A stretch of DNA of 64,000 bases. Origin: Phoronis australis (Eukaryota > Animalia > Phoronida). A model generated the notes under the pieces. The model had not been told where the DNA came from. It did not search any database and worked only from the letters and a program-made list of their open reading frames with translations. Location of the stretch: contig NMRA01000008.1 of NCBI GenBank assembly GCA_002633005.1, forward strand, positions 564,985 to 628,984, written 5' to 3'. This document shows positions 28,753 to 41,917 of this stretch, piece after piece. The position numbers were made by a program, and so were the translations under genes. Numbering within the stretch: the stretch's first letter is position 1; the number at the start of each line of letters is the position of its first letter.

Positions 28753-28929
28753 TCTGTTGTAGTCCCGATCAATTGTGGCTATTTAAATGAATCACCTGTT
28801 GAAGTCACTAACGATGACCTAATTTGATCACCTATATTCTAGAACAGCTCAAAATATTTTCTTTTAGAGCGCGCGAAGCTGTGCACATCTCACAAGCCTT
28901 ACGATGAATGAGCGAATCAACTCAGTCAG

Positions 28930-29531
28930 TGATTTTATGAATGAAATGCCTGTGCCATATATGGTCAAAAATGCCGCACCGACCAATCAGATCGTTCATA
29001 GGTTATCAATGGATTCGTGACGTCAATGTGACGTAGCAGATAAATAAAAGATTACTACAGCATTCAACGCCCCTATTTCAGTAGTAGTAAAGATTTCTAC
29101 AAAACTTCCATATAAACAATTATGTGCATTTGTAGTATCGTAAATATGTAGACAACGATTTGATCCATATAAAAGTATTGAATGCACACAACATTATTTA
29201 GGAGAAATCTGCAATCGTAGTATTTACGCTAGAATACTATCAAGTCAATAATGTATTCATGTCTTGTTGACATATGGACCTCGGCGGATCTTTACTTTCC
29301 ATATATGGCAAGAGAGCTTCCGATCTGAAACTGGATTTGAAAGCCCGTATTGTGATGTAAATGCCTACGTCACACATAGTAGTGCTTGGTTGGTTCCCAT
29401 ATATGGAAAGTCAACTTCCTACAAGCATCGGCTGATTCCGTAAATAACGAGAGTTTCTATATATGGTAGTTTTCGTAAAAACCGAACATTTCCGGTTTTT
29501 ACATTCGAAGGGAAAATATTTAGGGCGGGGC
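28930..29531 (-). promoter_or_regulatory. Egr promoter: CArG boxes, ETS sites, CRE, CCAAT, GC box, TATA-like element
   Basis: CCATATATGG at 28955, 29299 and 29397; CTATATATGG at 29457; TGACGTCA at 29018; TGACGTAG at 29029; ETS cores at 29316, 29414 and 29488; CCAAT at 28983; GGGCGGGG at 29523; CATAAAA (minus) at about 28933-28939. Confidence 0.85.
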
Positions 29532-29559
29532 TTACTGACTTCTATTCGCTCGCACCAAT

Positions 29560-31400
29560 AACCGGGTTCTATGGAAGAATCTTCCAAATCCTGGGCTCAA
29601 AATAGACTCTAAATAGTCTATCCGTACGATCATGTTCCAGGAACGGTGGACATCAGAACGGTGTATGAAGATGATTGCTAGAAATGTGGAGAAATACCTT
29701 TGCCATGATATGACCGTTAACTGAGCGCCGACGGGGTCATACAACGGTGCATATCAACCGAGTGGTACAGAGTAACAGACAGATTAGTAATTCAGTTCTC
29801 ACAGTTTAACGGAGGATGAAAAATGGATATTGTATTTTGACAGGACGTGTTCAGAGCTTCGTTTCACAAGATCCAAGTAAGCAAATTTTGCCATGTACAG
29901 TGCTTGTATTTCCCTGAGCATCTAGGTATCTGACTATTGTGAGGCACAACCGCAGCCCAAGATGCGAGGAACAACGGCTGGATTTGGTTACTTTGACGAT
30001 TAGTGCATTGTGTATTCAGAATTCACATATTTCAGTTGAACGTAGATTACAAATAAAACGTATGTATTTCAGACATGTGTAGTTGTTTGTTGCAGAGCAA
30101 TATTATATACCACTGCGGGTGTGCCGAGTTCTGGGAGGATACAGGGGGATAACCTTAAGCCGTTAAATTATTCATGACGATTGAACTTTTAGAACACCCG
30201 AATATACAAAATTTATTCTGATCGGAGGATCATCCTAGCACTGACAGGTTAACAATATGATGATCCAGATTGTTCTGAGGGGATCGACAGTGACTTCTGC
30301 ACGGAACCTGATGAAACGTAACTTAGGATATGTCGTCGAACCATGACCACCGTTGACCATTTTTGTTGGCAGACACCTGCAGATTCTAAGCTATTATCTC
30401 AACTCAAGTGTGGCACACACCACCTGGTCCCAGCGATACTCAGTTAGAGTCAGATTTTCAACTCACTAACTGAAACACGGTACCGGTAGGCTACATAGTT
30501 GATGTGTCGAGATCCACAAACCTTTCTGAATCTCTGCGGTGTGTATCGGATGTAAAGTCAATTGTGTTGGCAACAGTCTCGTGGCCTTAAGGTCAAACTA
30601 ATGCCTGTGACTCACCATGACTGTTTCAGGCCGCAATAAACAGCACTCGCTTTTTTCTTGTGGTTAGCGCCAGTTCTCTTCAGTGGGAAACACATGATTG
30701 CAAGCATTGTCGGTAGCAGATGTGGTGTGTCAATTAAAGTCGAGTCTCCAAGATAGTGATCCCCACTAGATATACATGATGTGCAACAGGAGCTATAGAT
30801 AATTCTTCGTTACCACCCCTGCTGCAATTTGACTCGATAAGTATTCTCATACAAACTGTATGTTATCTTGAGCTAGCTGAGTTATGCGGGTGTCGCCCTG
30901 TTGGATGACCTCGACCGTCGACTGACTTCAAAAATCTCCAATAAACGTGACCACTGTGAAAGAACGAACTGGAGGTACCAGATTTAACCTTTCGTTTCCA
31001 CATGTCGCCCAAGTGATGCTTGCGCCAGGGGTTTCGGGTCCGGCTATAACTGGCAGTTTTTTCTCAGGGCGGCGTGTTTGATATTCATATCGAGAAGGTT
31101 TTCAACAGTTTTGGCATTGGGATGTGTATTCAGTAATAATATTTGCATGGGTTAATTTTAGTGTTGAGCTGGGTCCATCATGTGGCTGTATAGTCTGGAT
31201 ACACAGTTGAACGATTGCGACGTTGAACTGGCTGTCGATTTGAAACCCTCTGAGGGTATGAGGGTATGAGGGTAGGATCCAGTTAAGATGTTTACTGTGT
31301 CGTAGGTGGAGACAAGTGAAGTCCTGTGTAAACAAAGTCGAGAAGATTCTCCCGTTCACCGGTAGAATCGGAGGTCACAGCCCAGCACGAGTTGTCATAA
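29560..31400 (-). mobile_element. Highly decayed LINE (CR1/L2-like) ORF2 relic
   Basis: Frameshifted remnants in expected order on minus: LKLTHANI and IAGPET (APE endonuclease-like), then YDPV..LTVIS/KVFLHI (compare NYRPISLT..CKVLEHI) and ILSPGFG (compare LSP.QFGF). Judged by eye. Confidence 0.4.
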
Positions 31401-33386
31401 CAAACACCACAAAAGGTGTAACAAAAGGCCATTCGCTGTTAGTTCCCGGAATTGCACAAAGAGGACTTTCATGCGTGTATATTGACGTCACTTGAATGAG
31501 CGGACACTGTCGTGTAAATGACCCTCTAATAGTACTTTTAGCTTTCTCTGTCGTTTTGCCAGTCTACCGCTGCTGTGATTTCTCTTTAGAGTGAACACAA
31601 GATTATTTGTGAGGCGATTTTGAGTTGGTTGTTCTTTTATTTCAGTGCATGCACTGTAATTATTCTGTTCCCTGTTTTTTTCGCAGTTGCAGAATTCTGC
31701 GTCAACGGTTGTGCGGTGGACGAGTCGTTCACTCGCGATATTCCTCGTCGCCCTAGTTCTCTTATCAGCTCATGGCAACGGCTACTCCGGGGCTTTATTT
31801 GCCCAGCCATCCACTTGCAATAATCTCTGTGCTTGGAGTTAATCGATTTTCGCAATCATAGCTCGGCTACCGATGCAAAATGACGCGCTTGGTCTAAAAC
31901 GATCAAATATTTGCTAATACGCAGACGGCTCTCAACATTTTATTAGCGCTGTCTATGTACAAATTTAGTCGTAAGTAGCAACCTTGTGATAACCTATGGA
32001 TTATTATGACGGTGGATTCATACGTCATTGCACACATATATTTTATAAAACTCGAATGTTTTAGCACATGGCAAAATGTATTTTTAAAATCGGTTTTACG
32101 GCTGAAAAAGTAATTTTTGGGGTTATATTTGATTTCTTGAAGAAGTTATTAGCTTAGGCCAGAGCAATAAAACAACGAAACAGGCCAGTGACTTTACTAA
32201 CTAAAAAGGTTTAAAATTCGTTGGCATTTATCGAGTGGGATTGAGCTTCGTTTGCGGTCAGAGGGTTAGACTACGACCGCAGGTGTTGTAGGTCCGAATC
32301 CAAGCCGATGCTGAACTCAAAAAATCGCCTTTCTCCTCAATAATGTCCCCTTTAATTAAATTATTATTATTAATTGTAGCTTCAATGCCAATTTCTCCTC
32401 GGCACATTATTGCTAACTTGAAAGTAGTATCTGATTACCTTCACGACGGCATCATACGTAGCAGTATTTGAGTTAAATCTGATATGGTAAGCGCACAAAA
32501 ACATGTATAATGAAGTCTCCGACGAGTGCATTAATTCGTTTCCGTAACATATCGATTGATTTCAAAGTCTGGATTTATTTCCTTATTATAAAGTATACAT
32601 ATCTATGTGAAGAGCTCGTGTGCACCGAGTATATTGTGAATTTGATAGCCGTGTGGCTCTTGATACGATGAATTTGTAGAGCTATTTCTGTCCTCAATCA
32701 ATAACATAGACTTATCCACAGACGGGGGAATAGCGTTGACGTAGACAGTGTGATTTATAACAGTTTATCGACTTTACTAAGTTGCTTCCGGAATTTTGCT
32801 GCAAAATGTACTTTCTTTTGATACCAGAACAATTCTTTTAATAGATAAAGTTCAGATCATTGACAGAAAATGCAATAAAAGAGAATGTCGTCTGCTTGCA
32901 GTTGCAGAAGTTACATTTTAGTCTAGCAACTGGCGAGTTGTATGTACATTCAAATTACGAGATTCACTTGTTGTAGTGAATCGGATTGTTCTACATGACA
33001 ACCGACTTTCCCATTGGAGTGTTAACAACTCTCTAGTATTTATTTTGGACCCAGACTTTGTGTTTTTTACTGTATGACAATAGAGCAACGTCTAATCCAG
33101 GTTTCGGTAGAATTTTCGGCTCGGCAAAATCAAATTAAACATGATTTGTACTCTATGACCGTTATCGTCTGACAAAACCTCTAATATTTTAGCACATGGA
33201 AAATAAAAAAGACAGCATTGGCAATTAATGGTGTGCAAAGTCATCTGCAGAATTTTAAGCAACCTAATCTGCGCAGGCGCAGATTCAGGCTCACGACCAG
33301 AGAGCGCCTGACAAAAGACAGTTAAAGCACTTTTAAAAAATCTTCATCCATGACAGTGCTACAAAAGTCCTCAGGCAGAAGGTCTG

Positions 33387-33822
33387 TGCCCGGTTGCATG
33401 AAACAGTGCCAAAGAGGAACTCAACTAAGTTCCCTAAATCTAATGCGTATTTGGGGACTTGTCAGTGAAAACACCGATTGTCCTTTCTTATGCTGTTTTA
33501 GTTTCATGACGTAGTCAATTTTTGACTTTGATACAAATCGAAAGTGAACTCTACGTTGAATTCACAATATTATCGAAACTATTCAGGGATCATTTCATGC
33601 AACACTCCTAACTTAAGGACTAAGTCCCTATTTATTTTCTGTGAATTCAGGGCTCAGTTTTTAGTTACATTATTAGAAATTGTCATTAGTCGATGAGGAG
33701 ATCATAATAAAAATGAAATGATAGGAAAAGTTTACATTTGTGAGTAAACAAAGACACAGATAGGCTAAAGAATTAGGAACTTAGTTGAGTCCCTATTTGG
33801 GACTGTTTCATGCAAGCCGGCT
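33387..33822. mobile_element. MITE with about 55 bp TIRs (Harbinger-like)
   Basis: GCCCGGTTGCATGAAACAGT..AACTCAACTAAGTTCC is mirrored by GGAACTTAGTTGAGT..ACTGTTTCATGCAAGCCGGC; flanks CTG/TTG. Confidence 0.82.
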
Positions 33823-35811
33823 TTGAATTCCCTCCCGATCCGCGGCCAAGCCTTATGGTTGGATCACGTTCACCTCGAATTCTGCATGTTCCCAGGTCAC
33901 GTCACCTGGGGTGTGTCTGTCGGTCGGGAAGTCCACGTCTGTCGATAAGGGCGGAAGCACAACATGTGTCCCCAGGTTACCATAGATATGATTTTAACAA
34001 ATTTTCCGCTATACTGTTCATTTATCTTCAGTCTCTCACTGCACACACTACCCTGACGGGCCAGTTAGCCAGCCAAAAACAAAAATCGAATTCGGCTTTT
34101 AACTTCCATAAAATCAGTCTCATAACATTCCATACCGTGACGGGTCCGTTATCGACATTGCGAATTCGAAAATTGCGCGTTACTTGAGGTAGCGTTAGAA
34201 AAAGAACCCTTTCACAATAAGGAATATTATGAGACCGATTTTATGAGAGTTTATTTTTGAATTTTAAATAGGATGAAATATAGCTATACATAAGTACTCC
34301 GCCTATGTGTAAAGACAACATCTAAGGTAGGTACATGACGAAAACACTTCCTCTCTTGGCGGCGTAAGATATTACCCGACTGAAGGTTGTTACTCGTCGT
34401 TTTTTGTTCTTATAGTGCATTATGCCCCATGAATTTCTTACCATTCAGCTAACCGGACTTGCTGTACTTCATATCGTCAAACTGACCTAAATTGTCTGAA
34501 ATTTACTCTTTGTACTACTTTTTTCTTGTTCTTATCATAGCGGTCTGCATTCAAAAGTACAGACATTGTCAGCTGTTGCGTTTTGGGTGATGGGAAATCC
34601 GCTCATGGCAAATGACGTTTAACGGACATTACCTAGATAAGTCGATATATATAATCTTGTGTACGTGACACGGTTGTGTGAGGAAAATGTAGCCGTCGAC
34701 ACATCATATACACACACTGATTACAAATGTTTTACTTAGGGTAACGTGGTTAACAACGCTTGCATTAGTACCAAAAGGCGTTTGTATATCACTGGATTCA
34801 TGGGCGGGAGCAGGGAGTCTCCCCCTATGGACTCCGCCAAAATCCGTCTTCGTGAGGTTTAACTTTGGGGTTACGCAGGGATTAAGCAAATAACATTTTT
34901 CTTAAACAATTGTGGTTGCTTCTCTTAAAACATCTTGGATCCGTCAGTGCAAAAAATCTAATTTCAGTAGTCAGGTGGTGAAAATTGCAACCAAACTCGG
35001 TAAGAAAACATTGCGCGAATTGTGCACGACAACAAACACATAAAGTATTGGACCTGGACGCAGATTACGGATGTGACCACGTGTCTAGCACAATTACGAG
35101 GCGACTTTCACCCGGAAATAGGAACAGAAATGCAATCCTATACCACACTCTCAATAATTTCGAAAGTCTTGGATTTTTCCCATTCAGGTAACCACGAAGG
35201 CATTTTGGTTCTTTAATCTTTCGTCCATTTGTGCCGTAGATTAATCGGTGTTCGCCGAAAATACGTGGTTCAACCACGCTCCTCGGTGATTGAGAACGAT
35301 TAATACTGAGCAGATTTATAGCGTAGAAATAACTTTATAAGCTCATGGTAATTTAAAGTGCTATTCAAAAATTGACCCAAGTATTTTCAGCTTTGGCATT
35401 TGAATTTCACTCGACTGGGTCCAAAACGTCAAAATGACGTCGCACAAAACACGAGGTGCGTGAACCGGGGTTAATTTCTTGTAAAAAGCAAATCACAACC
35501 GCAGTGGCGACTTTATAAATTTCTAGTTTGCCCGTGCTCTAGGCAGAAACGACATCATTCTGAAGCTCATATATTTTCCATGACCGTTGGTTGGCTACAG
35601 TGTCTTTGGTACTGGCTCCGACGGTACACCACAAGTAACAGCAATTACAGTTTCACTACTGGCTCTGAAGTACAGCTGCTACCTTATCAGATGTGGGAAT
35701 CAGAACATTTTTCACAATCGATAATCGGAAAGCTTTTCGTATCAGTTTTGAATGCCATTGTCACTGAGTGCTGGCAAGGGTGTTTGTTACGGTGGGCAGT
35801 AAGAATAGGAG

Positions 35812-36290
35812 CCGTGGTATAATCTTTGTACGCGAACTCAAAATTATTTTTAACATTTTCTCATTAGCATTTCTACTTTTTTGCTCTTAGACCGCTCTCA
35901 AGTACAACACGATTTACGCAAATGAGTGTCTTGACCAAGTTCGCACTTACATTTATTTTTACTTCCATTCATAGTATGAAACGTCAGAGGCCCATAGCAC
36001 ACTCCAGTAATAGCGTTCAAACTCATAAAACGTGATCTATATCAAGGAATGAGTTTAATTCATAATTTCGCAATGGGCCTTGTTGATTCGAGCTACAAAC
36101 TCGAGTAAAAACTCAAGATTTCAAGTTCATACTTTGTCTAGAACTCAGTGTTAGCTTTAATTTTGCCGAGGTTACCAAGTCCATATTAGTTATCCACTAA
36201 GCCATGGTGATAATGGACATTTATATTTTGAGTCCCCACAATAGTAGAGTAGAAAAAGCTAAAAATGATTTCGAGTACGATTCTGAATTG
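35812..36290. mobile_element. Degenerate MITE, family of 24402..24803
   Basis: TAATCTTTGTAC..GAACTC left end; shared central GCTACAAACTCGAGTAAAAACTC; GTAGAAAA..TTTCGAGT right end. Confidence 0.6.
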
Positions 36291-36990
36291 CCCATATCAA
36301 AACGGCGGAGGTTCTGTGCTCCCCGGCCCGGTTATCGCCTCGGAGGGTCGTCTGAGGTTCTTCAGACCCAGTTACGGCTGAGGTGGACGACGACGAACTC
36401 GACTGCCCATGGGCAGTGGCTTTATTGAGCGGACCGCCAGCTGCCTTGGGCGAGCTGGGGTGCATCCGCGCTCGTCGCGGATAGGCTACCTTTCATGGCT
36501 GCGGGAATATACTACTGAAAGTAGAGCCTGTATGGTTACTAACCGCGTAGTAAGCCTACAGTATCATCATGCGAATTTGCCAGGCCGGCCGGTCACGAAT
36601 AAAATCTATCGATATTTGCATAATTCTCATTCAAGGGAAAGGCACTATTCCATGTCACGCCTTTATCCAGCTACAATTCCTGAAGCCCACTGTCTCTAGA
36701 CCGTAAGCATCAAATCCGTTTAACGGTGGTTCCGCACATGCCTGCCCCTAAACTTCACGCAAGTGTGTGAAATTTACTGGGGCGCGGGTATACGGAATTT
36801 GTACAGCAGATTTGGTGTTCGCCATCATGGAATCGTTTGCTTCCGGGTTCTTCTCCCTACACATGCAATCAAACATGGTGGTCAAACATGTTTCGGAAGT
36901 GTTTTGCACTGTGTTTGGAAAACTTGAGCCATGTTTGAATGGAAAAGCCGTAAGCCATGATTTAAGATCTTAAGCAAAATAATTGAAATA

Positions 36991-37261
36991 CATGCGCCTA
37001 AAAATGGCGGGAGGGCTCGAATTTTTGAGAATGTGCACCTTTTACTAAAAAAAAAAACAAAAAAAAACAAAAAAACGAGGTACCTTCAGAGCTGTGAATT
37101 GTGCATTCGCCGAATTTTGGCAATTCCTGCCTTTTTAGTGGACTTTTGTCACGTTTTCTACTTTTTCGGACTTTTTTAGTTCTCTGAGGCGGACCTTTTA
37201 GCCCACTTCCCCAAATGGGAGAGATAGTTCGAGCCCCCCGACCCTCCTGGATGAGTGCATG
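36991..37261. mobile_element. Second copy of CATGC...GCATG element with 5-bp TSD AAATA
   Basis: Shares CGGACTTTTT..TTCTCTGAGGCGGACCTTTT with the 16923 copy; AAATA on both flanks. Confidence 0.7.
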
Positions 37262-38634
37262 AAATATTGTTGCATATAATGGTACTTGTTTCTATTATTT
37301 TGCAGTGAAAGTAAAATGCTCAGCGTACGCAGTAGTTTGCGAATTAACAGTAGGGAAATTAGGACGCAAGAACATTACGCGGAATTTTTCACCATTATAT
37401 GAATTTTTCCTCAGAGAGAACTCCGCATGGCCACGCAAAATTACGTAGTCGCATAACAGTTTAGAAAGCAAGTCAACGGATGATGTGCAGACCAGGTCCG
37501 AAACTAGGCGATTTTGATATTTTCCTCCCCCTGTGTATGGTCACCAGTTTCACCTTCCCTGGGTCGCTATTGGTACACTTATTTGGTCGGTTAAATCAAC
37601 ATTCGCTCAACACTGAGGCGATCACATATCTGTCAGTTCCGCCGGCCGACTTTCATAACCTCCTACAGAGCGATTTACTGCTTACAAAACTTTATGTGTA
37701 CTTGCAAAAACAACTCAATTGTAACCCTCGTACTTCCGCTGCTGGTTTGTTTATTTTTGAGTTAACGAAGGCCTAGAATGTCATTGGCTCGCACGACCAG
37801 GTCTCTGTATCCCAACCGGCAATTAACACCTGACAAGGCCTTTAGCTCTGAACAAAGTGTGACGCAAGCACACTCATTGGCGTGTCCTAATTAACCATGA
37901 AGAATACGTCAATGAAGTCGGTAATATTCCGTTGTTTGTCGTTGCATTTTACGTCAAACCTAGTATAATTGTCTTGTTTTGTTTAAAAAATACTGTTGTA
38001 TAAATCTTCAGTTTCCTCACTATAATTAAGGTACTGTGCCATTTTTGGCTAAATGTATTCGACTTTGCAATCGCTCTTTCATTGCGTCATAAATCGTCAT
38101 TTCTGTGCATGTTTTCCGGAAACGCATCCGGAAATTCTTCAAAACTAATTTCTCACTTGAAAAAAACAAAGGCCAGTCGCCTCCGAAAGTTATCTATAAA
38201 ACCAGACAGCTCAGTGCGTAATTACGATTCGATATCTCATAATGGCCTTTAGCTATGATCTCCACTATCCAGGTTTTATTTTTCATAATATCCAAAACAT
38301 TTGGTCTAATATTGGGCTGCGCCTTTAAACTGCATAATTATTAAGAACTGTGGTCTAAATTTTATTGTTGGTGATGAAATTGGCAAACATCAAACAATCT
38401 GTTCAAATGCTGCTCGAAATTAGCCTTATGATATAATTAAGTCTTAGTGTCATACACATTATATTGGTCACACCAGATGACCAACAGTTAAGTTAAGAAA
38501 GACCTCTGTGGACTCACCTATAGGTTAGGTGACGTTAACATCATATGGTGTTTAATATACTAATAATTCTTACTCATACAATATAATATACTTCCTAGTC
38601 ATACACGAACAAACACGTCAGAGCTAGTGGTATG

Positions 38635-38640
38635 TTTATT
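38635..38640 (-). terminator. Candidate IDH3B polyadenylation signal AATAAA
   Basis: AATAAA on minus, followed about 30 nt later by a GU-rich tract (GTGTTTGTTCGTGT). First canonical signal I found after the stop codon. Confidence 0.4.
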
Positions 38641-39127
38641 GTATTAACAGACTCAAATAAATTAACAACACAGTTTACAAACTCAAGGGGGGGAGTGATT
38701 CCACAGTGTTTGTCACACAGAATACCCATAATGCCCTAGTCTTAAGCTCTAGCGCCACCAGAATTCTGGGTTTTTCAGGATAAAGGAGGTGAAACAACAC
38801 CACAGAATGGACAAATAGATGAGCGATTCCACTGTTATTGAACAAATGAACAAGTACTGTGGAATCGCCCAAAGACTCTTTTTGAAGTGAACTCTGCAGG
38901 ACCTACCCCACTCAGACACTAAAACGTGCCAACAAGGAACTCAAAAGAACATTCCCCACTGACTGAGACAGGAGTTCACATTAATAACCACCACAAAAAG
39001 GTTCTAGAAAGTGTGTAACTATGCACAGAAGTGCATTAGTGATAGTTGCTTATGAACAGGAGAGTAGGGACATGGCTCTCCTGTCTTTCCCTGTCTACGC
39101 CAGAGTGAAAGGGCCATATAAAACACA

Positions 39128-39469
39128 AACTTTAAAATCAGTGCATACATGTATGTAAATATCGACATATTGATCGACATTTCGGTTTACTCACTATAAA
39201 CCATTTTCAAGACAAAAGTTCACAATATTCCAATCAGGTGACACAGGTGGAGAACAGATTGTACAGGTACACTTGAAAATGCATAGTGAGAGGAGAGACC
39301 AGAAATCAAAACAGTTTGAGCTGCATTTTGACCTGTACTTGTAGTCTGTTCTCCACCTGTGTCACCTGATTGGAATATTGTGAACTTTTGTCTTGAGAAT
39401 GGTTTATAGAGAGTAAACCGAAACGTCAATCAATATGTTGTTGTTTACATGTGCGCTGATTTTAAAGTT
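39128..39469. repeat. Long inverted repeat (arms about 155 bp, loop about 40 bp)
   Basis: CAAGACAAAAGTTCACAATATTCCAATCAGGTGACACAGGTGGAGAACAGA pairs perfectly with TCTGTTCTCCACCTGTGTCACCTGATTGGAATATTGTGAACTTTTGTCTTG; the outer arms pair imperfectly. Confidence 0.93.
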
Positions 39470-40515
39470 CGTACTCATACTTTGGCCAAAAACAAAATGT
39501 GATCGACCATAAAAAGATTTCATGGGTATTCAGTGCATGCTGCCTTAAGAGCCAGTGAGAAACGCTATTTAGAACCTGCGAGTATTATAGTCCTAGTTAG
39601 AACAAAACAACAGGTGGTCAAAACCGAGGGACTCATGTAGAGAAAATGACACAGTAACCAACTTCAATCAATTGTGCGTAATTAAAGTTCGCAGAGGCAA
39701 CACTAACACCTGCCTCCCAGCAGGTGTTAAAACCTAACAGCAAAACACTACAGTCTGGGTCAAATACTGTCAGTAACATATCTGGACATAATATAATCAG
39801 TAATGGTTGGATATAACGTGCCCGAATTTTGAGAACCAGTTTTCTCCACTGAATAACAGGCATCAAACTGGTTCTAAAAACACGGGTAGTTATATCGCAC
39901 TATTATCGTATAATGTATTTAGGATAACTCTCCACTTATTTCATTGCCAAAATTGCACATTTTCCCTTTTTCGAGGGCAAGCAACAGAAAGTTTACCAAA
40001 AGTAGTATTATGATATCCACACAGTACAAACCATACTAGTCGGGGACTATATTTTTGTGGACAAATTTTTACAAAACATAATTTCACTAGTCGGCCATAT
40101 TGTGAGCCAGATAAGTGAAGAACTGCCACAAGAAATGAGGCAAGTTGGTCTCCAGTCTCAAATTAGAGGTAGAAAACCAAGCGAAATATCCATCCAGAAC
40201 TGAACGGAGACAGTGACTTTACTCCATTGTCTCTTGATGTCGAAGACTTCAACTGGATTGAGTTCCACAAGACATCAGCTTGCAGTTGCCACAAGAAAAC
40301 TTTGTTTATGGATCGGAGACAGTGAATTCAGTCTCACAATTCATGAATTCTATCCCGTAATTCAAAACTCCAACCTCACCGACCAATCACGTCAGCGGCT
40401 GTCATTTTGTTGGACAGGCTACTAAGCTTCTGAGCATGCTCGGAAAACACTCACTTTTCGCTTATGAGATTTTACAAAGTCTTGCGAGATCTTGCTTTTT
40501 ACACTCGAAACTAAA

Positions 40516-40757
40516 GGCCCGTTCCAAGAAAACTGACTTAGCTAAGACCAATTCTAGATTTCAGCCAATTTTAAGATGAAACTTAAATTTGTCTCAAGTC
40601 CGTTTCAAGAATGATCTTAAGTTTGATTTAAGTTTTTGACTGATGTTTTGTCTTAAATTTGACTAAGATGCGGAAATTTCAACGTTTGGGCTGGGAGTTG
40701 AGACAATGTTGGACTTAAGTCAAAAATGAACTTAAGTCAGTTTCTTAGAATGTGTCC
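40516..40757. mobile_element. MITE related to the 5378 element
   Basis: GGCCCGTTCCAAGAAAACTGACTTA / TAAGTCAGTTTCTTAGAATGTGTCC inverted ends; TSD unclear. Confidence 0.6.
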
Positions 40758-41839
40758 CTGGTTTGCGGAATGCTCTCCTGGCTTCTGATGACTGCTACCA
40801 TAACGGGAATAGTGCCCAGTTCCTCTCGGGACTGCAAGCCAAGGCTCCCTTCCGAGTCATTGCTTGGTAGGTGCCAACTCACAATGGAAGAACAGCGCGG
40901 AATTAGATTTTTACGTAACGTAAAATGGCTGCTGTTTTTATGCTGATCGTCACACACCCTCCCTTCCATGATGCACAGAATTTGAACAAGGATCAGAAAT
41001 TTTGATGTCGAGCAGATTATGCTCTGCAAACGGCCTCAAAGGGGAAAATAACAGCCCAATCATGCAGGGAGACGGAATAACTCAGGTGTTGGATTCATAC
41101 ACATGTATACTCCGTTCGAATGTCTAATCCTATAACTAGACTCCATAAACAGTTCTGTCAGTGAGCAAACCTTGTGGAGAAACCCTCGAACAATGCAGTG
41201 GCCTGTTCTATTATGTAACACTCCTGAGACACTTACGGAATGCAAACCATAGGGTTAGGAATGAGTGACCAATCACAAATTTTAAAAAGAAATGCATTGT
41301 TCCACAAATAAATAGGCTTGTGTGATAGAGATATTTTTGTGTAAGTTGTAAAACTTAACCGAAACGCTATTGCATGATTAAAGTCAAAATGAAAAAAGAG
41401 GAAACTGGAAATCAAATACGACAAAATTGAAATTAAAAAAGAGGAAAATTCCAAGCTCTGAAACCATGATTTTTTTTGAAAATTTGACAACCAATCACTA
41501 TAGTGGCAGCCATTTTACTAGTTTACACCACCAAGGAAAGCTTACTGGCAAAACATTACCTTTTCACATGCTTTGATGTCCTGTAATCTAGCTTTTCTCC
41601 CACAAAAATTGACCCACCCTCCCAGTAAGACTTCTAAATACAACACTATGGCAGATCAAACAAATATGATGAATCGGGCATTTTGTGCAATTGGGCCCAA
41701 CTAATGTGGCCTATACACGCCTGACGCAATTCAGTCATCGGGTCGCCAGCAAACATTTATACTGCGATGACTAGATTGCTTCAGTCCCTCACACGATGGG
41801 TAGCTGTCGAAGCACTCAGTAAAATCGCACACTGTTCAC

Positions 41840-41917
41840 CTATACATGCATGTTGTCAATAATGGCTAAAGTATAGTCCAGAGTAGACGAGTATCCGCCC
41901 ATGTCTCGAGTTCGCAC
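41840..41917 (-). CDS. IDH3B: IDH3B last coding exon (not in ORF track)
   Basis: [25 protein letters not shown] followed by TAG. Confidence 0.9.
   Translation of the reverse strand: MRTRDMGGYSSTLDYTLAIIDNMHV

Noticed and set aside
32250-32312. tRNA-like fragment with GGTCCGAATCC
   Set aside because: Too degenerate to call; at most an old SINE remnant.
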